From an uncultured Anaerolineales bacterium (lineage in GTDB: Bacteria; Chloroflexota; Anaerolineae; Anaerolineales; UBA11858): DNA of 64,000 nt. Location of the stretch: contig CAYVQU010000004.1 in assembly GCA_964453155.1 (NCBI GenBank), positions 1,958-65,957 of the forward strand, read 5' to 3'. The notes beneath the pieces were generated by a model, which did not search any database, had not been told where the DNA came from, and was given only the letters and a program-made list of their open reading frames with translations. Both the position numbers and the translations under genes were made by a program. Below are positions 8,962 through 17,082 of this stretch, piece after piece (the first letter of the stretch is position 1; each line of letters starts with the position of its first letter).

Positions 8962-9003
8962 CGTTCCAACGTTGAACGTTTAAACGTTGGAAAGGAGGGG
9001 TAC

Positions 9004-9570
9004 ATGTCTCAAATCAAACCATCCGATTTAATTCTGGTCGCGTATATGCCCACCCCGCGGGATATGGAGATCGCCCGGGTGTTGGGGTGGTACCGCATCC
9101 CATTGCGAACGGCTCCGAAAGTTGTGGCGGTGGATTATCTGGCATTTTATCAACCCGCGTCATTTGGGGGACGGAAATGGTGCATTGAGACCGTGGCACC
9201 GGTCCGTGGGCACGAACTCGTCACTCGGGGCGAACTTTTCAAAGATGAAATTGATTCACCGAAGGCGGGAGAAGAATATTTCAAAATCCAACTCGGACCG
9301 ACCGGATTATTGCCGCGTCCTATTCAGGCCGACAAGTGGAAACGGATCACATTTTTCTACACCACCGGAGAATATTTACTGCGGGCAGAGACGCTTAATG
9401 ATCTGGTGGTTCAGGCGGAGGAACGTAAGTTGTTGTGGCGTTCGCTGCGGGAACGGGCCAGCCAAGCCAATTTATATGGGAGCCCCAAGTTACCAGAAAT
9501 GGATATTGATGCCGAAGTTTTAGCCCTGGTCTTAGGTATCAAGGAACTCACCGCCCCTTATGATGGCTAA
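9004..9570 (+). CDS. Hypothetical protein with no recognisable domain
   Basis: 188-aa ORF with a strong SD (AAGGAGG, 8992-8998). Its 3' end overlaps the next gene by 11 nt. Confidence 0.6.
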   Translation: MSQIKPSDLILVAYMPTPRDMEIARVLGWYRIPLRTAPKVVAVDYLAFYQPASFGGRKWCIETVAPVRGHELVTRGELFKDEIDSPKAGEEYFKIQLGPTGLLPRPIQADKWKRITFFYTTGEYLLRAETLNDLVVQAEERKLLWRSLRERASQANLYGSPKLPEMDIDAEVLALVLGIKELTAPYDG

Positions 9571-10480
9571 ACGCCTCCTGCTATTGATCCCTGTTTTGGT
9601 CTTGATTTGGGTGTTCAACGTCAGTCGACCGGGAGCGCGAGTTCAGGGATGTTTGACGGGTTGTGCGGTCTCTGAAGCTGGGGTTGAGGGGGGAATCCGG
9701 GTCATTTCTTTGAATATGCTGCATGGCTTCCCTAGATTTGAATTTCTATCACGACGCCTGGCTATTATCGCTGCCGAAATTAAGCGATTAAATCCAGATT
9801 TTGTCTTGCTTCAAGAGGTCCCTTGGAGACTGAGAACCGGTAATGCCGCCCAATATCTGGCGGCCCAAACCGGGATGAATCATGTTTATCTGCGAGCCAA
9901 TGGCAACCGGTGGGCGATTGGATTTGAAGAGGGGGCGGCCATTCTTAGCCGGTATCCCCTCACAAATCCGGAATTTATGGTGTTGCAACCCCGGGCAGGA
10001 TTTTTCGAAAATCGGGTCGCGCTCAAAGTCACCACCGCATCTCCCCTTGGGGATATTGATCTGATCGTGACGCATCTAACCAATGGCGATTCGGCGATCA
10101 ACCAGGGGCAAATGCAATCCCTGGTAGAATTTGAAGCACGCAATTCATCCCGAACGGCGATTGTGGCTGGTGATTTCAATGCCCGGCCAGGGTCTCGAAC
10201 GATGAGAACCATCCCTTCTCATTGGCAGGATGTATATTCTCAGGCTAATTCTGGCCCTCCTGGATTTACCTGTTGCATTGAAAATTTTGCTCAGCCTGCC
10301 GCGCAAGCCGAACAACGGATTGATTACATATTCCTGGTTCCCGGTGATCTTGCGCTGAAAGCCTATTCCAGCCAGATCATATTTGATCAACCTTACGTGG
10401 TGAACGAAGGTTATCTTTGGGCTTCTGATCATCTCGGGATCCTGGCTCAATTTCAGTCGTCAATGATCCCTTCTGAATAA
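9560..10480 (+). CDS. Endonuclease/exonuclease/phosphatase (EEP) family protein with N-terminal signal-anchor
   Basis: Hydrophobic N-terminus MMAKRLLLLIPVLVLIWVF. EEP signatures SLNMLHG, LLQEV, AGDFNARP, IDYIF and SDHLG. Confidence 0.8.
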   Translation: MMAKRLLLLIPVLVLIWVFNVSRPGARVQGCLTGCAVSEAGVEGGIRVISLNMLHGFPRFEFLSRRLAIIAAEIKRLNPDFVLLQEVPWRLRTGNAAQYLAAQTGMNHVYLRANGNRWAIGFEEGAAILSRYPLTNPEFMVLQPRAGFFENRVALKVTTASPLGDIDLIVTHLTNGDSAINQGQMQSLVEFEARNSSRTAIVAGDFNARPGSRTMRTIPSHWQDVYSQANSGPPGFTCCIENFAQPAAQAEQRIDYIFLVPGDLALKAYSSQIIFDQPYVVNEGYLWASDHLGILAQFQSSMIPSE

Positions 10481-10483
10481 TCT

Positions 10484-13400
10484 ATGACCGACCCCCAAAA
10501 AACTTTCGCCCAGATGCAGTTCCAATATCCGTTCCGCAAATATCAGGAAATGATTTTGGAGCACATTGTGCCCGATGATGACGATGATAAATATCATCTG
10601 GTGGCGCCGCCCGGTTCGGGTAAAACAATTGTTGGGCTGGAATTGATCCGGCGATTTGGGGAGCCGGCGGTGGTCTTTGCCCCGACTTCAACGATCCAAC
10701 TGCAGTGGGCGGAAAAAGTTAATTTGTTCACCAAAGGGGAAGAATCCGTTAGTGGTCTTGCCTGCCTCGAACCCAACAACCTGGGGTTGATCAATATTTT
10801 TACATACCAGCTTATTTCGGTCCCCGCGGCAGCAAAAAAACATCTGGTGGCGATGGCTCTGCGGCGCTGGGGGTTGGATTTACTGGAGGAGGGGCGCGTT
10901 GCCGATGAAGCCGGTGCCGAACAACGGATTGCCGAACTAAAAGCAAACAATCCGCGTCTGTATCAGAAAGAAATCTCCCGCCGTCGGAAACGGATCAAGC
11001 GCGATCTATTGCGCAGCAAAAGTGTGGAAGTGGGTGAGTTTCTGCATCCGAACGCCCGGAGGTTAATCGATGATTTGGTCGCCCATGGGGTTCGAACTGT
11101 GATTTTGGACGAGTGCCATCACCTGCTGGATTATTGGGCCATCGTGCTCCGTTATTTGATCAACAAAATTGAGGAACCCAAGGTAATCGGTCTGACCGCC
11201 ACCTTGCCCAGCCCTGAAGGGGATGCAGAATACGAAAATTATACGAGCTTATTAGGCGAGGTTGATTTTGAAGTCCCCACTCCAGCGGTGGTCAAAGAGG
11301 GGGATTTGGCCCCCTACCGTGATTTGGTGTTGTTTGTCCAACCCAGCAAACGTGAGAAGAAGTATCTGCGCAATATTCAGGCCGAGTTTACTACCGCGAT
11401 CGCGGGGTTGACTGATCAAAATGCTTTCCGCACCTGGGTTTCTCAAAAGATGCTCGCACCCAAAGATGAACAGGGAAATCCCCAGACCTGGGCAGATTTT
11501 TGGAAACAAAAACCATTAATGAGTGTCGCGGGTTATCGGTTCCTTAAACACATTCAGCAGCAAATCCCGGCGGATATCCCAATTCCGTTAGAAGCTGAAA
11601 CGAAACTGGAATTGGACGATTGGCTGGTCCTCATCGAACGTTATAGTCTTGAGAAATTGGCCGTCAGCCCGGCAGAAGAAGATCATGTTACTTTAAAAAA
11701 ATTGAAGGATGTATTGTACACTTTTGGGTTTACCTTGACCGAACGCGGTTTACGCCAAACGCGGTCGCCGGGTGATCTGGTGTTGACTTTTTCTGAATCC
11801 AAAGATATTGCCACCGCGGATATATTGTCACGTGAAGCCGCGGCAATGGGAGGGCGTCTCCGCGCCGTGGTGGTGACGGATTTTGAGAAGATGAACAGTG
11901 GGGTTCGCCGCCTGTCAGGAGTCTTGGACGCGGATGCTGGGAGTGCCTGGCGGTTGTTTGCCCACTTAGTCAGCGATCCCGATGTCGCGCCGCTAAATCC
12001 AGTTTTAATTACGGGCAAAACCGTGTTGGTTTCAGCTGCTAATGGGTCCCAAATGCTGGATTTATTTAATCAGGCTTTGAAGGAACGCAACGCGAACGCG
12101 GTGTGTAATTTGAAGCCCACCCAAAATGAGAATACCTGCCGCATCGTTGGCAAAGGTCCCGATTGGAAGCCGCGGCGCTACGTCCGCATGATCACCAAGT
12201 TATTTGAGCAGGGCGTGACCCAATGCCTGGTCGGGACGCGGGGCATTTTCGGGGAAGGGTGGGATTCGTTATCCCTCAACACCCTGATCGACTTGACCAG
12301 TGTGACCACCAGTACGTCAGTGCAGCAATTGCGCGGACGCTCAATTCGAAAAGATCCGCTATGGCCGCACAAAGTTGCCCATAATTGGGACGTGGTCTGT
12401 ATGACCTATGATTTTGAGCGGGGTAAAATGGATTTTAAGCGGTTTATGCGCCGTCATGGTCAATACTGGGGGCTGGTGGTTTTCCCAAAGGAGAAAAGCC
12501 AGGCTGGGGCGGTCTCAGCACCTTTATGGCATGGACGCGTTGCCAAAGGGTGGGTGCATGTCAGCCCGCATATTGAGCGGGCCGTTTATGGTGATTTGAG
12601 TGCCAAGCACTATTTGAACTGGCACAATAATTTAATGCTCCAACAAATCCCCCGGCGAGAAAATACTTACGCGCTCTGGCGGGTGGGTGAAGATTATAGC
12701 AATTTCAGATATCACACCACCCAGTTGCATACCACTGATCTCAAAATTCGAACCGTTTTCACAATTCAGGACACCCTCAAGGCCATGATCCGGTCGTTTC
12801 GGGCTTCGTTTGTGATTTCGTTTGCAATGATTTTCTTCCAGTTTGTCGGCAGCATATTCGAAACCGGTACCGCCCAGGAATTCTTGTTGTGTATATTTGC
12901 CGTGTTACTAATTTCATTGGGGATTGCCCTGGTGATGAATTTTCGCCAGGCGATTAAATTGGCTCGAAAATTCTTGGTGGAGCAGCCGCCCGATGCGATT
13001 TTGTTAGATGTGGGCAAGGCAGTCTTATCGGCTTTAAGAGATGCCAAACTCGTGAGCCGGAATCTGGTGAATGAATATTTACGGGTAGTGGAAACAGAAA
13101 CCGAAGCCTATCAGGTATTTGTTGATTATGCTTCCCCAGAAGATGCCGGGGTATTCACCAAAGCCTACCAGGATGTATTTGCTATGGTTTATGATCAACG
13201 TTATCTGATCATGCGGACGGATCACCGCGTTCCCCAAACGATTTTGCGCCCAATATGGTGGACGATCCGGCAGTTCTTTCGGAAATCGGCGGGGTATCCC
13301 CCGGCCTATCATCCGGTCCCTAAAGTTCTATCCACTCGCAAAGAACGGGCCCAAGCTTTTGCCCAATATTGGGAACAATTTGTGGGGGGTGGCGAATTGA

Positions 13401-13498
13401 TCTTCACTCACTCGGAAATTGGTCGCCAGGTTTTATTACAAGCTCGCGCTCAACAACGCCCGGACGTGAAGAATTTGGCATTCGAATTTTGGCGCTGA
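10484..13498 (+). CDS. SF2 (ResIII/DEAD-like) helicase with a C-terminal extension containing a predicted TM hairpin
   Basis: Walker A APPGSGKT, motif II LDECHH, GLTATLP, and a helicase-C region ending QQLRGRSIR. Two hydrophobic helices lie at about aa 774-819. The start is 3 nt after the EEP stop. Confidence 0.8.
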   Translation: MTDPQKTFAQMQFQYPFRKYQEMILEHIVPDDDDDKYHLVAPPGSGKTIVGLELIRRFGEPAVVFAPTSTIQLQWAEKVNLFTKGEESVSGLACLEPNNLGLINIFTYQLISVPAAAKKHLVAMALRRWGLDLLEEGRVADEAGAEQRIAELKANNPRLYQKEISRRRKRIKRDLLRSKSVEVGEFLHPNARRLIDDLVAHGVRTVILDECHHLLDYWAIVLRYLINKIEEPKVIGLTATLPSPEGDAEYENYTSLLGEVDFEVPTPAVVKEGDLAPYRDLVLFVQPSKREKKYLRNIQAEFTTAIAGLTDQNAFRTWVSQKMLAPKDEQGNPQTWADFWKQKPLMSVAGYRFLKHIQQQIPADIPIPLEAETKLELDDWLVLIERYSLEKLAVSPAEEDHVTLKKLKDVLYTFGFTLTERGLRQTRSPGDLVLTFSESKDIATADILSREAAAMGGRLRAVVVTDFEKMNSGVRRLSGVLDADAGSAWRLFAHLVSDPDVAPLNPVLITGKTVLVSAANGSQMLDLFNQALKERNANAVCNLKPTQNENTCRIVGKGPDWKPRRYVRMITKLFEQGVTQCLVGTRGIFGEGWDSLSLNTLIDLTSVTTSTSVQQLRGRSIRKDPLWPHKVAHNWDVVCMTYDFERGKMDFKRFMRRHGQYWGLVVFPKEKSQAGAVSAPLWHGRVAKGWVHVSPHIERAVYGDLSAKHYLNWHNNLMLQQIPRRENTYALWRVGEDYSNFRYHTTQLHTTDLKIRTVFTIQDTLKAMIRSFRASFVISFAMIFFQFVGSIFETGTAQEFLLCIFAVLLISLGIALVMNFRQAIKLARKFLVEQPPDAILLDVGKAVLSALRDAKLVSRNLVNEYLRVVETETEAYQVFVDYASPEDAGVFTKAYQDVFAMVYDQRYLIMRTDHRVPQTILRPIWWTIRQFFRKSAGYPPAYHPVPKVLSTRKERAQAFAQYWEQFVGGGELIFTHSEIGRQVLLQARAQQRPDVKNLAFEFWR

Positions 13499-13652
13499 CA
13501 TCTTGTCCATCTTGAATTAATTTTTGCCCCAGAGACGCAGAGTTCGATGGGTATTTTTCACAAAGTATTCTTTGGGCCTTTTGCAACTCTGCCGGGTAAA
13601 ACGAATATTGAAAACTTGCCGTATTAAATACAAAAGAATATGGAGCCTTTGA

Positions 13653-14399
13653 ATGACCCCCTTAATACATTCTGACCTGCTGAAACTCAAACGCTGGAAT
13701 ACGCCCACAATTTACAACGGTTGGGAGCAGATCACGGATCATGATATCGCCCATGAGGCCTTCAACCACGAAGAAACGCATGATTTTATGCCCCAAATGG
13801 GACCAATGGTGGGTTACGCGGTCACCGTGGTGATCGAACCCAGCGTCGCGGCCCACAAAGAGAATTCCACGGCCTGGTCAGAATATCGACGGTATGTGGC
13901 CGAAACACCGGGGCCAAAGATCGTTGTTGTTCAGGACCTGGATAACCCCGCCGTGATCGGTTCATTTTGGGGTGAAGTAAACAGCAATGCGCATCGCGCG
14001 CTGGGATGTGTTGGCACGATCACGGATGGTGCTATTCGGGATCTCGATGAAATGACCAATGCCGGGTTCAAGGCCCTGGCGCAGCGACTGTGTGTGGGGC
14101 ATGCGCATGTCACCCCCGTCCGCTGGAATTGTGAAGTAGAAGTTTTTGGAACGCCGATTAAACCTGGTCAACTTGTTCATGCCGATAAGCATGGTTTTTT
14201 GGCGATCCCCAAAGAAGACGAAACGAAATTACTCGATGCAGCTATCTTTATGGATAATAATGAGATCAACCATGTCATCCGAGCTGCCCGCGATGCGGCG
14301 GGAAAAACCACTGCAGAAATTCTGGCTGAACTTGATCAGGCGAGTTTAGAATTCTCGAAAGCCGCTCAGGAGAAGTTTGGAAAGACAGGAGAGTGGTGA
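13653..14399 (+). CDS. RraA family protein (RraA/HMG-CHA aldolase-like)
   Basis: 248 aa. '...GSFWGEVNSNAHRALGCVGTITDGAIRDLDEM...' resembles the RraA-like fold. A GGAG SD lies upstream. Confidence 0.6.
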   Translation: MTPLIHSDLLKLKRWNTPTIYNGWEQITDHDIAHEAFNHEETHDFMPQMGPMVGYAVTVVIEPSVAAHKENSTAWSEYRRYVAETPGPKIVVVQDLDNPAVIGSFWGEVNSNAHRALGCVGTITDGAIRDLDEMTNAGFKALAQRLCVGHAHVTPVRWNCEVEVFGTPIKPGQLVHADKHGFLAIPKEDETKLLDAAIFMDNNEINHVIRAARDAAGKTTAEILAELDQASLEFSKAAQEKFGKTGEW

Positions 14400-14598
14400 A
14401 AACTTAGTTGAAATAAATGATAATTACCTTTGAGCAGATTTCGGAAAGCATTTCATGTAAAAAGCATGCTCAATCCGAAATCCGCTTAGGTTTTACGGTA
14501 AAGTTGGATGATTTATTGCAAACTGCAAACCGTAAAACCCAATATCGGGTAGAATCAATTTAACTTCATGACATTCGAAAATTCGAGGAGCTAATCCC

Positions 14599-15018
14599 AT
14601 GACCGACCCTAAACCCCTGCACCTTTCCCCTGATCCCAGCGTGGGATTCACCGCTGAACGCCGCGCCGATGGCGGTATGAATCTGACATTTAAAGACATC
14701 AACTCAGATACCTTGATGCATTGGCAAAAATTTGCTGAGGAACACCTCCTTGGCTCGGACCGCTTGGTTCGCAACTTGTACGATTTGAGCCAGGTCGATC
14801 ACATTTCTGAGCGCGCCGTTCAAATGGCAGTGACCCTCAACAGCGACCCCTCAACTCGTAATATCCGGCTAGCCGTGGTCGTTGGCAGCGAAGATGTCAA
14901 AGCCGCGATCCAAAAAGTATCGGACCTCACCCCAGCTGGAGGGGCACGGATGGGTATCTTCACCAAATTAGATGATGCTGAAGAATGGTTGAATCGTCCA
15001 ATGGAGTCGATGGTGTAA
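14599..15018 (+). CDS. Hypothetical protein (possibly STAS/SpoIIAA-like fold)
   Basis: 139-aa ORF with a GAGGAG SD 8 nt upstream, followed by a strong terminator. The domain guess is weak. Confidence 0.5.
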   Translation: MTDPKPLHLSPDPSVGFTAERRADGGMNLTFKDINSDTLMHWQKFAEEHLLGSDRLVRNLYDLSQVDHISERAVQMAVTLNSDPSTRNIRLAVVVGSEDVKAAIQKVSDLTPAGGARMGIFTKLDDAEEWLNRPMESMV

Positions 15019-15021
15019 TGC

Positions 15022-15064
15022 TTTTAGGGATTTGATTGGGCAAAATCTAATCAAATCCCTAAAA
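15022..15064 (+). terminator. 16-bp stem hairpin terminator
   Basis: TTTTAGGGATTTGATT (15022-15037) pairs with AATCAAATCCCTAAAA (15049-15064). Confidence 0.65.
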
Positions 15065-15181
15065 AATTTCATTTGGGGAAATCCAATCTACTATCTTACG
15101 TTTTATTAACATTAATGCGGTAAAAATAACTTGGTAAATTAGAGATTTTGCCAAGTAATCTTATTTTTTGTTGAGGTAGAG

Positions 15182-17038
15182 ATGACTGAAAACCAACCTA
15201 TTGCTTTCAAAGCAGAAATTAAACAACTGCTCAATATCCTGATCCACTCCCTGTACACCGAACGTGAGATTTTCTTACGAGAACTAATCTCCAACGCGTC
15301 TGATGCCCTGACCCAGTTGCAGTTTGCGATGCTCACCGATCGGGACGTCCATGAGGCCGATGCCGAACTCAAAATCCATCTCAGTGTGGACGAAGACGAG
15401 AAAATTCTCACGATCACCGACACCGGCGTGGGGATGACTCAGGAAGAATTGATCCAGAATTTGGGGACCATTGCCCAATCGGGGGCGCGGGCTTTTATTG
15501 AGGCCAGCCAAGAGAGCGATGCCAATCTTTCTGACATCATCGGCCAGTTTGGAGTTGGGTTTTACTCCGTTTTCATGGTCGCCGATTGGGTGCGGGTAAC
15601 TTCCCGGTCCTATAAACCCGATGCCGAGGCCGCGACCTGGTACGCAACGGGTGAAGACACTTTCACCGTCGACGCGGCTGAAAAAGCCGAACGCGGCACC
15701 ACCATTGAGATCAAACTCAACACAGAATCCGAAGAGTTTGCCACTGATTTCCAACTGCGGGAGATCGTCAAACGGCATTCCGATTACGTCCCCTTCCCGA
15801 TTTTCATCGGCGAGAGCGAAGAGCAGGCCAACAAACAAACTGCCATTTGGCGCCAGTCCCCCCAAGAAGTTGAAGACGACAGCTACAACGACTTCTACAA
15901 ACAGCTGACCCTCGATTTCGAAGATCCGCTGGCCCGGATCCACTATCGGGCGGATGCTCCACTGCAAATTTTTGGTCTCCTTTACGTCCCCACCAAGGCC
16001 GAACGCACGATGTTCTCCCTGCGCAAGGAAGATGGGCTCAAACTCTACGTCCGCAAGGTCCTGATCCAGGAGTACACCAAAGATCTGCTGCCGAATCACT
16101 ATCGTTTTGTCCAGGGTGTGGTCGATACCGAAGATTTGCCCCTCAACGTTTCGCGTGAATCCTTCCAATCCAGCGCCGTTATTGCTCGGATGAAGAAAAT
16201 TCTCACCAGCCAGGTTACGAATAAACTCAAGGATATGGCAAAGAAAGAGGCAGCCGAGTACGCTAAATTCTGGGAGAATTTTGGCCAATTCATTAAGGAA
16301 GGGATTTCGACCGAACCCCTGGAGAGTGAAACACTAGCGCCCCTGGTTCGCTTCCACACCACCACCCACACTGAATCCTGGGCTTCCTTCGATGAATATG
16401 TTGAGCGGATGAAAACCGGCCAGGAAAAAATTTACTTCATTATCGGGGATGATGACCGCTCTGTGGCTCGCAGCCCGCACCTGGATTACTTCCGGGATAA
16501 TGGCTATGAAGTGATAACGTTTACGGACCCAATGGACTCGTTCATGCTCATGGGACTCAAGAAATTTGGGGATTACGACCTCCAAAATGTGGCCGCCGCC
16601 GACCTGGAATTACCGGAGGCCGAGGCGACCGATGAAGATGAACCTCAGCCCGAAGAGATGCCCGAGAAAGATTTTAAGAAAGTGGTCAAGCGTTTCAAGA
16701 AACAACTCGGCGAACGCGTCACAGACGTCCGCTCTACAGACCACCTGCGGGATTCTGTGGCCCGGCTCGTGGACCCCGAAGGGACCATGGACCAGGAGAT
16801 GCAGCGCGTTTACCGCATTGTTGATCGCGACTATGAAGTCCCCAAGAAAGTACTCGAACTCAACCCCCGGCATCCGATCATCGCTAATCTCTACGATCTT
16901 GAAAAAGATGACGAGTTTGGAAAAACTGTCATCGAGCAGATTTACGAGAGTGCCCTATTGATCGAAGGCCTCCACCCTGATCCGGCCTCAATGCTCCCTC
17001 GCATCCAGGAGTTGATGGAAAAGGCATTAGGAAAATAA
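15182..17038 (+). CDS. htpG: Molecular chaperone HtpG (Hsp90)
   Basis: N-terminal 'FKAEIKQLLNILIHSLYTEREIFLRELISNASDAL' GHKL ATPase signature, with 618-aa length typical of HtpG. Confidence 0.95.
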   Translation: MTENQPIAFKAEIKQLLNILIHSLYTEREIFLRELISNASDALTQLQFAMLTDRDVHEADAELKIHLSVDEDEKILTITDTGVGMTQEELIQNLGTIAQSGARAFIEASQESDANLSDIIGQFGVGFYSVFMVADWVRVTSRSYKPDAEAATWYATGEDTFTVDAAEKAERGTTIEIKLNTESEEFATDFQLREIVKRHSDYVPFPIFIGESEEQANKQTAIWRQSPQEVEDDSYNDFYKQLTLDFEDPLARIHYRADAPLQIFGLLYVPTKAERTMFSLRKEDGLKLYVRKVLIQEYTKDLLPNHYRFVQGVVDTEDLPLNVSRESFQSSAVIARMKKILTSQVTNKLKDMAKKEAAEYAKFWENFGQFIKEGISTEPLESETLAPLVRFHTTTHTESWASFDEYVERMKTGQEKIYFIIGDDDRSVARSPHLDYFRDNGYEVITFTDPMDSFMLMGLKKFGDYDLQNVAAADLELPEAEATDEDEPQPEEMPEKDFKKVVKRFKKQLGERVTDVRSTDHLRDSVARLVDPEGTMDQEMQRVYRIVDRDYEVPKKVLELNPRHPIIANLYDLEKDDEFGKTVIEQIYESALLIEGLHPDPASMLPRIQELMEKALGK

Positions 17039-17045
17039 AGCATTA

Positions 17046-17082
17046 GACCTGGAAGGTTTCGAAAACCTTCCAGGTCTTTTTT
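17046..17082 (+). terminator. Intrinsic terminator of htpG
   Basis: GACCTGGAAGGTTT (17046-17059) pairs with AAACCTTCCAGGTC (17063-17076), followed by TTTTTT. Confidence 0.85.

Noticed and set aside
15284-16288. 334-aa ORF antisense to htpG
   Set aside because: It has the same shadow-ORF signature: complete overlap with a conserved gene, low-complexity mirror composition and no translation signals.
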